From the NCBI GenBank assembly GCA_963840455.1, contig CAWIYV010000011.1, positions 192,001 to 256,000 of the forward strand: a stretch of DNA of 64,000 nucleotides, given 5' to 3'. The notes under the pieces were generated by a model. That model saw only the letters and a list, made by a program, of their open reading frames with translations, had not been told where the DNA came from and did not search any database. Every line of letters starts with the position of its first letter. The stretch's first letter is position 1. Shown here in pieces: positions 8,662-18,693 of the stretch. Source of the stretch: Nitrospirota bacterium (GTDB lineage: Bacteria; Nitrospirota; UBA9217). The position numbers and the translations under genes are program-made.

Positions 8662-9411
8662 ATGAGTTCCTCCCTCCCCATTCTCGACCGCATCCTTGCC
8701 GCCCACGGCGGCATCGATACCTGGAACAGCCTCGAGACCATCGACGCGGTCATCTCGGCCTCGGGCTTCCTGTTCACGGCCAAGCAACGGCCTGCGCTGG
8801 ACCATGTCCGTATGCGCGCCTGGACCCGCGAGCCGCGCTTCGCCTTCTATGATTTCCCCCGCACCGGCCAGACCGCCGAACTCATCGGAGCGAACGAGGT
8901 CCGCATCAGCGACAGGGATGGCATCGTGCTCAGCCGCCGGGAAGATCCGCGTTCAGCGTTCCGTTCGTTCAGGCGTCTGTTCTCATGGGACGACCTCGAC
9001 TTCATCTACTTCGCCGGATACGCGACATGGAACTATCTGACCTCGCCCTTTCTCCTCGCCTTTCCCGGCGTCATGGTCACGGAGCTGGGGCCGGCGAAGG
9101 GCAGCCTGGCATCGTTCACCCGCCTGCAGATCACGTTCCCCGACTCCATCCCGACCCACTGCAGACAGCAGACCTTCTATTTCGACGGGCAGCATCTCCT
9201 CCGGCGGCTGGACTACACCGCCGAGGTCGTCGGCGGCTGGGCCCATGCCGCCCATCTGTGCGACGGGTACCGTTCCTTCGACGGCATCAATGCCCCGACA
9301 GAGCGGCGCGTTCTGCCGCTCTTCTTCGGACGCGGCCCGCTTCCCGGTCCGACGCTCGTCGCCATCAGTGTCCATGAACTCCGGCCGAAGGCAGGGGTGA
9401 CAGCGGCATGA
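8662..9411 (+). CDS. Conserved hypothetical protein
   Basis: Long GC-biased ORF (AAHGG.D.W, YFAGYATWNY, HC.QQTFYFD) translationally coupled to the next gene. Confidence 0.75.
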   Translation: MSSSLPILDRILAAHGGIDTWNSLETIDAVISASGFLFTAKQRPALDHVRMRAWTREPRFAFYDFPRTGQTAELIGANEVRISDRDGIVLSRREDPRSAFRSFRRLFSWDDLDFIYFAGYATWNYLTSPFLLAFPGVMVTELGPAKGSLASFTRLQITFPDSIPTHCRQQTFYFDGQHLLRRLDYTAEVVGGWAHAAHLCDGYRSFDGINAPTERRVLPLFFGRGPLPGPTLVAISVHELRPKAGVTAA

Positions 9412-9938
9412 CCATGACGTTTCCGCGACGATCGGGACGGACGGTCCGCGAACTTCCCCTCCTGATCGCTGCGCTCGTTCTTGTCTGCCTCTCCGCCGGC
9501 GCGCCGGCGGACGCTGCGGACCTGGCGGACTTTGCGAGCGACGGCTGCAGCCTCTTCCTCGACGGCACGATAACGGACCGGGCGAAGTGGTGCGGTTGCT
9601 GCCTGATGCATGACATCGCCTACTGGCGAGGCGGGACCGAGGAGGAGCGAAAACGAGCGGATGCGGCACTCCGCGACTGCGTGCTCGAACACACCGGCGA
9701 CAAGGCGCTTTCCGAGACCATGTACCTCGGCGTCCGTGCCGGCGGCCATCCCGTCTTCCCCGCTTGGTATCGCTGGGCCTACGGCTGGCCCTACGGCCGG
9801 GGCTACAAGCGTCTGCACGATGAGGAGCGGGAGCAGGTCCGGAAAAAGCTGGATGAGTATTGGATGAGCCATCCCGGGGGATACTGCGCTGAGAAACACG
9901 GAACTATGCCGAAGAAAGAACGAGGTGACGACAATTGA
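9408..9938 (+). CDS. Secreted Cys-rich protein with a phospholipase A2-like CxxHDxxY motif
   Basis: Signal peptide; SDGCS...CGCCLMHDIAY...ADAALRDC. Confidence 0.65.
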   Translation: MTMTFPRRSGRTVRELPLLIAALVLVCLSAGAPADAADLADFASDGCSLFLDGTITDRAKWCGCCLMHDIAYWRGGTEEERKRADAALRDCVLEHTGDKALSETMYLGVRAGGHPVFPAWYRWAYGWPYGRGYKRLHDEEREQVRKKLDEYWMSHPGGYCAEKHGTMPKKERGDDN

Positions 9939-10507
9939 TCAGATGGCTGATGCGAACCACGCTCCTGGTGTGCGTCGTGACCATGGCGGCATTTCCCGCC
10001 GCGGCAGAACAGCCCGTCCGGCCGATCGAATGGGCAACGCCGGTCCAATCACAGCATCTCAAGAACTTCTATCGCCTCGACGAAAAGGTCTACCGTTCGG
10101 CTCAGCCGGACCGCAAGGGATTCGAGGAACTGAAACGGCTCGGCATCAGGAACGTGCTGAGCTTCCGCGACCATCATGCAGATGACCGTGACGCGAAAGG
10201 CCTGGGATTGACGCTCCATCGCATCAAGATGGAGGCAGGCGAGATCAAAGACGAACAGGTGGCCGAGGCGCTGCGGTTCATCAAGAGGGCGAAGGGGCCG
10301 GTCCTGATCCACTGCTGGCATGGCTCAGACCGTACGGGTCTCATAAGCGCCCTGTACCGCATCCTGTACCAGAACTGGTCAAAGGACGAAGCGATCGAGG
10401 AACTGATGAAGGGCGGCTATGGGTATCACTCGCTCTACCGGAACATCCCGGAGTATATACGGAAGGTGAACATCGAGGAGCTCAGGAAACACGTGGTCGC
10501 GCCGTGA
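9935..10507 (+). CDS. Exported protein-tyrosine/dual-specificity phosphatase family protein
   Basis: HCWHGSDRTG (HCX5R) motif, YRSAQP, signal peptide. Confidence 0.9.
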   Translation: MIRWLMRTTLLVCVVTMAAFPAAAEQPVRPIEWATPVQSQHLKNFYRLDEKVYRSAQPDRKGFEELKRLGIRNVLSFRDHHADDRDAKGLGLTLHRIKMEAGEIKDEQVAEALRFIKRAKGPVLIHCWHGSDRTGLISALYRILYQNWSKDEAIEELMKGGYGYHSLYRNIPEYIRKVNIEELRKHVVAP

Positions 10508-10581
10508 TGAGACAGCAACGGGCCAGCGCCTGCCCAATTGGTCAATGACAGCCGAAACCGGGACTTCCGTGAAAAACCGCC

Positions 10582-10610
10582 TTGACACGGTGGGATACAT
10601 GGATTATAAA
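10582..10610 (+). promoter_or_regulatory. Sigma70 promoter of the toxin-antitoxin operon (near-leaderless transcript)
   Basis: TTGACA-N17-TATAAA, 6 nt before ATG 10617. Confidence 0.7.
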
Positions 10611-10616
10611 TAATGC

Positions 10617-10868
10617 ATGCAACTTACACAGGAAACAAAAAACTCACTTGTTCGCGAATACGCGCTGTGTTCAAGCGCTATAGCCTACTATAAAAAGGCG
10701 ACGAAGGAGTTTGAGCGAAAATATCGCATCACCACCAACACCTTCTTGAAGCGCTTTGAGACCGGAGAGATCGGCGATGATGCCGATTACTTCGACTGGT
10801 ATGCCTTTTCCCGGCTCCTTGCGCAATGGCAGAAGACCCAGACGGCGCTCCGCACCGCGATCAGATGA
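10617..10868 (+). CDS. Putative antitoxin (TumA-like)
   Basis: 83 aa, FERKY...F..RF..GE.GD..DYFDW motif; overlaps the downstream DUF6516 gene (ATGA). Confidence 0.7.
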   Translation: MQLTQETKNSLVREYALCSSAIAYYKKATKEFERKYRITTNTFLKRFETGEIGDDADYFDWYAFSRLLAQWQKTQTALRTAIR

Positions 10869-11245
10869 TCCAGCGATATCTTGACGATATTGAAAAGGTC
10901 ATCGGGTCACATCCCACGATCCTCTCTTCCACTCTGCAAAAACGACTCGGCCCGGACGGCAAGACGATCTACGTAACAGGAAACATTATGTTCTCGGACC
11001 TGTCGGTCCTGGAGATCGCGATCTTCGCCGCGGAAATACGCAACAAGATAGCTGTGGACAAATACCGGTTTCAGTACATGGACAAGAAAGGCCGGATGGT
11101 CTTCCGCTACGACAACGCACCACATCATCGCGAAGCACCAACGTTCCCGCATCATAAACATTTACCCAATAGAGTAAGTCCATCGACGCAACCTTCCCTC
11201 ACAGATATCCTCAACGAGATCAGCGCAGCTATTCTCAACAAATAG
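10865..11245 (+). CDS. DUF6516 family putative toxin (TumE-like)
   Basis: KYRFQY...FRYDNAPHH...TFPHHKH signature. Confidence 0.8.
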   Translation: MIQRYLDDIEKVIGSHPTILSSTLQKRLGPDGKTIYVTGNIMFSDLSVLEIAIFAAEIRNKIAVDKYRFQYMDKKGRMVFRYDNAPHHREAPTFPHHKHLPNRVSPSTQPSLTDILNEISAAILNK

Positions 11246-11295
11246 GCCAACCCGGCATAACATTCCATCAGGTCATGACGAACCCTCTATAGCCT

Positions 11296-11946
11296 TCAAT
11301 GGCCTCTGTGGATCCTTATAGTATTTCGAGAATACATGAAATCATCCAGTGAATATGCCACGATCGGCCGAAGACCCCTGCCAGCATATTCAAGCGTCTT
11401 GAACAAATAACCGATGAACGTTCCCGAATAACGATAGCAACGGATACAACCCTCAATGCGTTCCTGGATCATATCGTACCGACCGTCCCAGCACGATAGC
11501 TCTGGGCACTGTTCGATCCACGCATCTATCGTAAACCTGAGCAGCTTGGTAATTTCCTGTTTGGCAGCCGCGTTTCCCCGTTGAGCAATTCTTACCAGTG
11601 CAATGCTGATGATATCCCTTGCTTGCTCATCATATGCATCCACCGGAGAGAGAAACGTATAAAGTTTATCGTGGTACTTCCCCAGAATGATCCCGACTGC
11701 CTTACTGTCCCTGACACATTTTGTCGGTCTGCCCCTGCGCGATGCCTGCCATCTTCGCTGTAATTTTCGGTCCAATGCACGGGTGACCGTGTCCCAGTCT
11801 ATGCCGCCGATCTCCGTTCTGACGTTGTGCTGGATAAAGCAATAGGCCTGCGGGGCATGTTTTCGTATCCAGGAGCTGCAAAAGGTAGGAGGTTGGATAG
11901 TTCTGAGGAGATGGTTGATTGCCTTGACAGCGGAGGGAAAGTCCAT
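11296..11946 (-). CDS. Hypothetical protein
   Basis: 216-aa ORF, AT-richer than the flanks, downstream of the RM gene. Confidence 0.65.
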   Translation of the reverse strand: MDFPSAVKAINHLLRTIQPPTFCSSWIRKHAPQAYCFIQHNVRTEIGGIDWDTVTRALDRKLQRRWQASRRGRPTKCVRDSKAVGIILGKYHDKLYTFLSPVDAYDEQARDIISIALVRIAQRGNAAAKQEITKLLRFTIDAWIEQCPELSCWDGRYDMIQERIEGCIRCYRYSGTFIGYLFKTLEYAGRGLRPIVAYSLDDFMYSRNTIRIHRGH

Positions 11947-12041
11947 GGATTCAGCATAGAATCTGAAATAAGCTATCTACTTCCGTACTGCCGCGCCAAG
12001 CCCTGTGGCCTGCGGTTTCTTAAACCGCGCGCCTGTGAGCA

Positions 12042-14915
12042 CTACTGCCCCTCCACGATCTTGATTTCCTCTCCCGTCAAACCGTATAGTTCATACACCA
12101 ACTGATCGATTTGCCGGTCGGTGGCGTCGATCTGGCGCTGGAGGGCAGTCTTTTCATGGTCGGTCTTGGCTCCAGGTAGTTGCTTGTTAAGCGAAAGCAT
12201 CTGGTCGACGAGAGAAACCAGCTTTTCTTTTGCTTGGTTACCCGATGTCATGATGGATATTTGAGACAATTGATTTGACGCTATATGGTTGTTTCCCGAG
12301 AAATGATTCCGAAAGAAAAAATTTACCAGGGTACTGTTCAATATACCCAACAAGTATTTTAAAGGCCAGGCACTCTTTGCTTCCGGTTTTAGATTAACGA
12401 CGTTGGTCGATTGTAAACAGAAATATTGTCTGTTGTCATAGGTGGCGATAATTCTCCGCGACAATGTTATGTTTCTTATCTCCTGAACTACCAGTTTCTC
12501 GTCTGATTCGAATATTTCTCGCTTACGAGGTGCGTCCAATACTGAAGGCTCATAATATACATACGTTCCTTCTTTAACGGGTTCATACCTTCCAATCTCG
12601 CTACCGCCTGCTGCTCGCATCCACAGACCCGATTGTTTCTTTGCAGAGATATATTTATCATTATCCCCTGTACGAAGACCTTGGTTGATCGTACAAAGGT
12701 CGCCCAGATGTGTTTTAGCTTTCGCCAGTTTGCTAAAAATACCCAATTCGCTCGGAGATATCTTGACTTGCCATGCCGCACGGTGATTATTTGCCCAGAC
12801 ATTTTGGTCGACCTTATATTCACGAGTAGGAGAGGGAAAAGTTTGTGCCGTCGTCAGAATCACGTCACACGATCTACACTTGGAATGTGTCGATTTCCTT
12901 TTCTCAACTACAAAAACCATAGTCTCATTTTTTGCATTTACAAAGACTCCCGGTCCAATATCAATGACTTTGATCAGACATGACGTGTCAAGAAGATATC
13001 GCCTTAGCTTTTCAAATGAGTCATTGCTCAGCAATGTATGAGGAATAATAAAGGAATGCAAACCAAGAGGCCGCAAGAGTTTTTTCAATGACAGCTCCAT
13101 GAAGAGTCCATAAACATCAAATCGATATTCGCATGTGTGGTATGTTTTACTGAAATACTGTTTTTCAACTTCATCAAGTTCGGTAATGAATAAGTATGGA
13201 GGATTTCCTATTATGGCATCAAAACCACCAGACTTAATTATTTCAGGAAAGCCATCCTCCCAGTCGAACATATTGATCAGAAATTTATCTGCGCCATCGA
13301 GCATCTTTTGTTGTGTTTGAAAGTCATACCCGATAAGTGAATTCCCGCACTTGATGTTGTCACCAAGGTCGGGAAGAGCACGCTCGTGAATGAAGGTGCT
13401 TTGAAGTGTCTGGCTGTTCTCGCCTTCGAGAACTTTCAACAGCAAAGAGAGCTTGGTCACTTCCACGGCCTGGGAGTCGATGTCCACGCCGTAGATGTTG
13501 TTCAACAGGATTCTCTTTCTCTCCGTTGTGGTCAGGCGATAATCCCCGCCCCGTACCTGGTAGAGTGTAGGGTTCTTGCCAATCGCCCACTTGCTCGGAT
13601 CATCTTTCACATACCATTCGTGGTGCCAGTCGAGAAGGTACTGATACGCACCGAGCAGGAACGAGCCGGAACCGCATGCGGGGTCGAGGATGCGGAACTT
13701 CTCGACTTCCTTCGGCTTATTATTCTCGACCAGTTTTCCCACAGTGTTCTTGACGATGTAATCGACAATGTACTTCGGTGTGTAGTAAACACCGCCGGCC
13801 TTCCTGACTTCGGGTTTCTCCTCAACCTTTGCCTGATGTCCTGCAGTGAGGCGAATGACTTTGCCGAGGAACTGTTCGTACACCTGGCCGAGGATATCGG
13901 CTGAGAGGACGGAAAATTCATAGGGGCTTTCAGGATAGTAGAGCCGCTTGATGATGTCCTTGAGCGGCTTGTCGTCGATCTCGATCTTCGGCGTGAGGCT
14001 GTCCGGCTCTTCATGGCGGTCTTTTTCTTTCTGAAAGTGGAACAGGCCGGAGTTGTACCGGTCATCGGCCTGGGAGAAGAGCTGGACGAGCCGCTTATAG
14101 GCATTGGTACCGTTCTGGAGTGCCTGCAGCCGGCCGTAGTTCTCAATGCCCCGGTCCTCGCAGATGCGCAGGAACACGATACGATCTATTGTGCGCTGAA
14201 CGCAGAAGTTAAGCTCCCGCTGGGACAGCTTCGGATTCCGGAGAGCGATGTTCCGGGCCAGCAGGTCGCGCCAATCCTCTATTTCCATCAGAAATGCATC
14301 GTCAACGGTCGCCGTACCCTTCTTGAGCCTGCTTGTTTCGGCATACTTGTCGAAGGACCCTTTGAGGACGGCGTCACGGGAGAAAATTGAGGATATCTCT
14401 CCCCATTTTTCCGGATAGTCCTTGAAGGTGAAATAGAGCGTTCGGGCGACCGAGGCTTTGTCGTTCTTGTCCGGCCTGATGCGGGTGTCGTAGACCGCGA
14501 ATTCCTCGAAGTCGCACAAGATACTTAGGGGGAGCTTTGCCGACCAGGCGTATCTGCGGAGTTGGAAGGCGGGCGGGATCTCCTCCTTTATATATACTGA
14601 AGGCTTTTTGGCTTCGAGGAAGAACTTGCGGGTGCCGCCGATGCGGAAGCAATAGTCCGGGGCCTTGGTCTCCTGGCCGATCTTGATTGCGTCCTCGTGA
14701 ATGACTTCCTTGTACGCCTCGGCATAGCCCGCGCGATTCGTCATGTCCCAGCCGAGCGCTTCGAACAGCGGGTTCAGAAACTCCTGCCGGAGCTGCGTTT
14801 CATTGTATTTTCCTGATCGATAGGATTCGAGGTTCTGGTCAAAGCGTTCGACGAGGGTGAGGACTTCTGGAGGGCAGGAAATGACGCGAGCTTCTTTGTT
14901 CTGCTCTTTCTTCAT
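12042..14915 (-). CDS. Type IIG restriction-modification enzyme (Eco57I/TaqI-like REase-MTase-TRD fusion)
   Basis: PD..EAK nuclease motif, GVYYTP, DPACGSG, NPPY; C-terminal IDQLVYELYGLT. Confidence 0.92.
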   Translation of the reverse strand: MKKEQNKEARVISCPPEVLTLVERFDQNLESYRSGKYNETQLRQEFLNPLFEALGWDMTNRAGYAEAYKEVIHEDAIKIGQETKAPDYCFRIGGTRKFFLEAKKPSVYIKEEIPPAFQLRRYAWSAKLPLSILCDFEEFAVYDTRIRPDKNDKASVARTLYFTFKDYPEKWGEISSIFSRDAVLKGSFDKYAETSRLKKGTATVDDAFLMEIEDWRDLLARNIALRNPKLSQRELNFCVQRTIDRIVFLRICEDRGIENYGRLQALQNGTNAYKRLVQLFSQADDRYNSGLFHFQKEKDRHEEPDSLTPKIEIDDKPLKDIIKRLYYPESPYEFSVLSADILGQVYEQFLGKVIRLTAGHQAKVEEKPEVRKAGGVYYTPKYIVDYIVKNTVGKLVENNKPKEVEKFRILDPACGSGSFLLGAYQYLLDWHHEWYVKDDPSKWAIGKNPTLYQVRGGDYRLTTTERKRILLNNIYGVDIDSQAVEVTKLSLLLKVLEGENSQTLQSTFIHERALPDLGDNIKCGNSLIGYDFQTQQKMLDGADKFLINMFDWEDGFPEIIKSGGFDAIIGNPPYLFITELDEVEKQYFSKTYHTCEYRFDVYGLFMELSLKKLLRPLGLHSFIIPHTLLSNDSFEKLRRYLLDTSCLIKVIDIGPGVFVNAKNETMVFVVEKRKSTHSKCRSCDVILTTAQTFPSPTREYKVDQNVWANNHRAAWQVKISPSELGIFSKLAKAKTHLGDLCTINQGLRTGDNDKYISAKKQSGLWMRAAGGSEIGRYEPVKEGTYVYYEPSVLDAPRKREIFESDEKLVVQEIRNITLSRRIIATYDNRQYFCLQSTNVVNLKPEAKSAWPLKYLLGILNSTLVNFFFRNHFSGNNHIASNQLSQISIMTSGNQAKEKLVSLVDQMLSLNKQLPGAKTDHEKTALQRQIDATDRQIDQLVYELYGLTGEEIKIVEGQ

Positions 14916-14979
14916 TGTAGAGCAAGATTAGTATAAATCATGGAAAATGGCAAGGGACGTTTTCCGCGGGAAAAACGCG

Positions 14980-15015
14980 AAAAAAAAGGCCGCTGTCATT
15001 GTTGACAGCGGCCTT
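14980..15015 (-). terminator. Rho-independent terminator after rpsA
   Basis: AAGGCCGCTGTCA/TGACAGCGGCCTT stem with a T-tract on the minus strand. Confidence 0.85.
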
Positions 15016-15035
15016 CGTTCGTACCTGTACTCATG

Positions 15036-16244
15036 TTAACTCTTCTTCTGCTCCATCTTGGCCTTCAGCAGTTCGCCGAAGGACCCGAGGTTCTGCGGGG
15101 CCGCGACCGACTGCTGCTTGTATTCCTTGATCGTCGCTGCCTCCTCTTCCTCGGCGCGCCGGACCTCGGCGAGCGCGAGGGAGATCTTCCTCTTCTCCCG
15201 GTCAACTGCCTCGATCTGCACCTCGACCGCCTGGCCTTCCTTCAGCACCTCGCGGGGATGGCTGAGCCTCCTGCCGCCTCCGAGCTTTGAGATGTGGATG
15301 AGGCCGTCAACACCCTGTGCCAGCGTCACGAAGGCACCGAAGGGCGCGAGGCGCGATACGGTCCCGCTGTGATAGGAACCCACGAGATAGTTATCCACCG
15401 CCTGGTCCCACGGGTCGGGCAGCGCGTCCTTCAGGCTGAAGGAGAACCGCTCCTGGTCCCAGTCGAGCTTCTTGAGGATGACCTCGACCTCCTGGCCGAC
15501 GGAGAGGACGTCGCCGACCTTCTCCGTCCTGCTCCAGGCGATCTCGGAGACCGGCAGCAGGCCTTCAACGCCGCCGATGTCCACGAATGCACCGAACTTC
15601 TGGATCGAGGTCACTTTGCCCCGCACCTTCATGCCTTCCTGCAGGCTCGCCTGCAGGGCCCGTTTTTTATCCTGCCGCTCGCCTTCAAGAATGGCCCTGC
15701 GGGACAGGACGATGTTCCGCCCGTTCTCGCCAAACTCGGCGATGTTGAAGGACAGGGACCTGCCGATGATGTCGGACTGCGGTTCGTCCCGCCGGAGACC
15801 CATCTGGGAGAAGGGGCAGAACGCGCGGACGGTCCCGCCGACCTTGATCTCGAACCCGCCCTTCACTTCCTTCGCCACCGTACCTTCGACGGGGATGCCG
15901 TTCCTCCATGCATCTTCGAGCTGGGTCTGTTTCCCCGGGCCCGATCCGATCTTCGTGGTGAAATGCATCTCGCTGTTCGCCGACGACTGGAAGTAGGCGC
16001 GCACCATGTCGCCTTCCCTGACCGCCAGGTTCCCGGCCTCGTCGGTGAGTTCCTTCCGGTCCAGGTAGCCTTCTCCCTTGCCGCCCAGGTCGAGGAAGAT
16101 CCACTCGCCCGTGATCTTGACGATCCTGGCCTCGACCATCTGGCCCGGCTCAAGCCGGCCCTGTTTCTTGAAGCTCTTCTCGAACATCTCGGCGAAGTTC
16201 TCTTCGCCGGACCCTGCGTTTGTTGGCTGGTTGTTGGTATCCAT
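15036..16244 (-). CDS. rpsA: 30S ribosomal protein S1 (short, four S1 domains)
   Basis: Repeated S1 domains (FGAFVDIGGVEGLL, FGAFV.LAQGVDGLIHIS). Confidence 0.9.
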   Translation of the reverse strand: MDTNNQPTNAGSGEENFAEMFEKSFKKQGRLEPGQMVEARIVKITGEWIFLDLGGKGEGYLDRKELTDEAGNLAVREGDMVRAYFQSSANSEMHFTTKIGSGPGKQTQLEDAWRNGIPVEGTVAKEVKGGFEIKVGGTVRAFCPFSQMGLRRDEPQSDIIGRSLSFNIAEFGENGRNIVLSRRAILEGERQDKKRALQASLQEGMKVRGKVTSIQKFGAFVDIGGVEGLLPVSEIAWSRTEKVGDVLSVGQEVEVILKKLDWDQERFSFSLKDALPDPWDQAVDNYLVGSYHSGTVSRLAPFGAFVTLAQGVDGLIHISKLGGGRRLSHPREVLKEGQAVEVQIEAVDREKRKISLALAEVRRAEEEEAATIKEYKQQSVAAPQNLGSFGELLKAKMEQKKS

Positions 16245-16344
16245 AAGGTCCCTTTCAAGATAATTTCAAATGACAGATCTCAAATAATATCCAAATTGAA
16301 AAATCCAATAGTTACGAACGGTCTCACACCGCGGCGATCCTGAG

Positions 16345-16403
16345 CGGGAATCCCGTCTTAGCCGTGAACTGCTGGATCCCCGATAGGAACGCTCGGGGAT
16401 GAC
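16345..16403. repeat. REP-like palindromic element
   Basis: CGGGAATCC...CTGGATCCCCGA...TCGGGGATGAC. Confidence 0.55.
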
Positions 16404-16419
16404 GGTCGGTGCTTGGAAT

Positions 16420-17811
16420 TTATTTATTATTTAATGCTTGTGATATGGTGCTTCTTTTCCCCGTGTCTTCGCGTCTCCGCGTCTCCGTGTCGAGATTATG
16501 TGCCGTTCCCACGAGATCGTATTCCGCCGCGTCGGTGATCGTGACCTCCACGAACTCGCCGGGCAGGGCCTCGGTCTCGGAGAGATAGACCGCGCCGTCG
16601 ATCTCCGGCGCCTGGCTGGACAATCTTCCGAACAGGGCATCGTCCTCCAGGCCGTCCACGAGAACGACCGCACGCGTGCCGATGAGGGCCCGGTTCTTCC
16701 TGAGCGATATCTTCGCCTGGGCCTTCATGATCCGGTCGAGCCGTTCCTGCGCGACCTCGGGAGCGACCTGCGGCTCCAGCCGAACGGCCGGGGTCCCCTC
16801 TTCGGGAGAATAGGTGAACACACCGAGATGGTCGAACGCCGTCTCCTGCACGAAGGAGAGCAGCCGCTTGAACGCGGCCTCGGTCTCGCCGGGGAAGCCC
16901 GTAATGATCGATGTCCGGAGCGCGATCCCCGGGACCCGCTTCCGGAGCTTCTCGATGGTGCGCTTGATGTCGTCCGAGGTCCCCCGCCGGTTCATGGCGG
17001 CAAGGACCTTGTCGTCGATGTGCTGGACCGGGATGTCGAGATATTTACAAATCTTCTCCTCTTCCGCCAGGACCGCCATGAGCTCGTCGGTGATCCTGCC
17101 GGGATAGGCGTACATGAGGCGGACCCATCCGATGCCGCGGACCCGCGTCAATCTCCTCAGGAGCGCAGGAAGGTCCGTCGTCCCGTCCCGGTACCCCGTC
17201 GAGTCCTGCGCCAGGAGGATCAGCTCCTTCGCGCCGTTATCGGCCAGCTTCCGGGCCTCGTCGATGATCGACGCGGCGGGCCTGCTGACAAAGCTTCCCC
17301 GGATGATCGGAATGGCGCAGTAGGAGCAGCGGTTGCTGCACCCCTCGGCGATCTTAAGATAGCGGTAGTGGCGCGGCGTCGTGCTGAGCCGGGGCAGTCC
17401 GTAGACCATCGCGGGCGCCGAGACCCGGACAAGGGGCCCGCTCCCGGCCAGCGCCTGTTCGCAGATCTCGCCGATGCGGGCGACCTCCGCCGTGCCGATG
17501 ATGGCGTCCGCTTCGGGCAGCTCCTTCCGCAGTTCATCCTTATAGCGCTGCGCGAGGCAGCCGGCAACCACGAGGGCGCGGCACTTTCCCCGCTTCTTCA
17601 TGTTCGCGGCTTCCAGGATCGCCCCGATGGACTCCTCCTTGGCGGACTCGATGAAACCGCACGTGTTCACCACAATGATCTCGGCTTCCTGCTGGTCCGC
17701 GGTCAGCTCGAACCCCGAACCGGCAAGCACGCCCATCATCTGCTCGGCATCCACCTGGTTCTTGGGGCAGCCGAGGCTCACCATGCCTATCTTGTAGATT
17801 TTTTTCGTCAC
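16420..17811 (-). CDS. rimO: Ribosomal protein S12 methylthiotransferase RimO
   Basis: SLGCPKN, NTCGFIESAKEES, EGCSNRCSYC, QAPEIDG; GTG start at 17811. Confidence 0.95.
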   Translation of the reverse strand: MTKKIYKIGMVSLGCPKNQVDAEQMMGVLAGSGFELTADQQEAEIIVVNTCGFIESAKEESIGAILEAANMKKRGKCRALVVAGCLAQRYKDELRKELPEADAIIGTAEVARIGEICEQALAGSGPLVRVSAPAMVYGLPRLSTTPRHYRYLKIAEGCSNRCSYCAIPIIRGSFVSRPAASIIDEARKLADNGAKELILLAQDSTGYRDGTTDLPALLRRLTRVRGIGWVRLMYAYPGRITDELMAVLAEEEKICKYLDIPVQHIDDKVLAAMNRRGTSDDIKRTIEKLRKRVPGIALRTSIITGFPGETEAAFKRLLSFVQETAFDHLGVFTYSPEEGTPAVRLEPQVAPEVAQERLDRIMKAQAKISLRKNRALIGTRAVVLVDGLEDDALFGRLSSQAPEIDGAVYLSETEALPGEFVEVTITDAAEYDLVGTAHNLDTETRRREDTGKRSTISQALNNK

Positions 17812-17880
17812 GCGCTTGTTCCTGCAGCTGTGGAGAACCGGGAAGAAGATCGGGAAGAAGGACCACCGCGACCACAACCG

Positions 17881-17994
17881 TTGAAGCTTCCTGCAGCAAG
17901 CTGCAGGGAATCTTCGATCCTCAAGGAACTATTGTTATTCTAATCGCCCGCTAATCCCGCAGCAAGCTCCGGTACGGCGCTCGCTCCTGGATTC
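17881..17994 (+). repeat. Double-hairpin dispersed repeat, copy 4
   Basis: Match to consensus, second hairpin degenerate. Confidence 0.9.
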
Positions 17995-18046
17995 CGACCG
18001 ACGTGTATGATACCATTGTCGGGGTCGACGGACAACGTCTTTCTTG

Positions 18047-18505
18047 CTAGAACCCTCCGGACATGGCGAGGAAGCCTGCCAGTTTTTCGTTGGTCTCCCG
18101 CAGGCGCTTCGACAGGGTCTTCGTGAATGCCCAGAGAAGCTTGTAGCCCAGCTCGCGGTCCAGGATCAGGATCTTGTCGAGCTCGGTCTTGTTGATGGAG
18201 TACAGTTCAGAATCGCTGTTGGCGATTGCATGGGCCGAACGCGGGAAATTGTCGATAAGCGCCATCTCGCCGAAATAGTCCCCCGGCTTCAGCACCGCGA
18301 GGGCCTCCTCGCCGATGTTGGGGATGAACTTGCTGATGCGGACCTCGCCCTTCAGGATGATATAGCACCGGTCACCGGTGTCACCCTCCTTGAAGATGAC
18401 CGCGTCCTTGGCCGCGTTCTCGGGGCGGCCGATCCTCTCGATCTTGGCCAGTTCGGGCTCCAGAAGCGTTTCGAACAGATTGATCTTCTTGAGCAGAGGG
18501 ATCAC
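18047..18505 (-). CDS. Cyclic nucleotide-binding domain protein
   Basis: FGEMAL...PRSA motif; RBS AAGGAGG before GTG 18505. Confidence 0.9.
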   Translation of the reverse strand: MIPLLKKINLFETLLEPELAKIERIGRPENAAKDAVIFKEGDTGDRCYIILKGEVRISKFIPNIGEEALAVLKPGDYFGEMALIDNFPRSAHAIANSDSELYSINKTELDKILILDRELGYKLLWAFTKTLSKRLRETNEKLAGFLAMSGGF

Positions 18506-18552
18506 GGAACCTCCTTGTCGTAACCGGGACAAACCAGAGCCAAAAACCGGGA

Positions 18553-18678
18553 ACCGCGAAGGCGCAAAGGTCGCGAAGAAAATCCTGTGCCGCTTGAAAA
18601 AAAACAAGTTCCGATCTATTTTTGACGTCCTTCGAGTTCTTCGCGTCTCGCTGAGAAGCGCCTACTTTTGGTCGCGGT
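18553..18678. repeat. Inverted pair of periodic micro-repeats
   Basis: ACCGCGAAGGCGCAAAGGTCGCGAAG ... CTTCGAGTTCTTCGCGTC...CGCGGT. Confidence 0.6.
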
Positions 18679-18693
18679 AATATTTTTTTTTGA

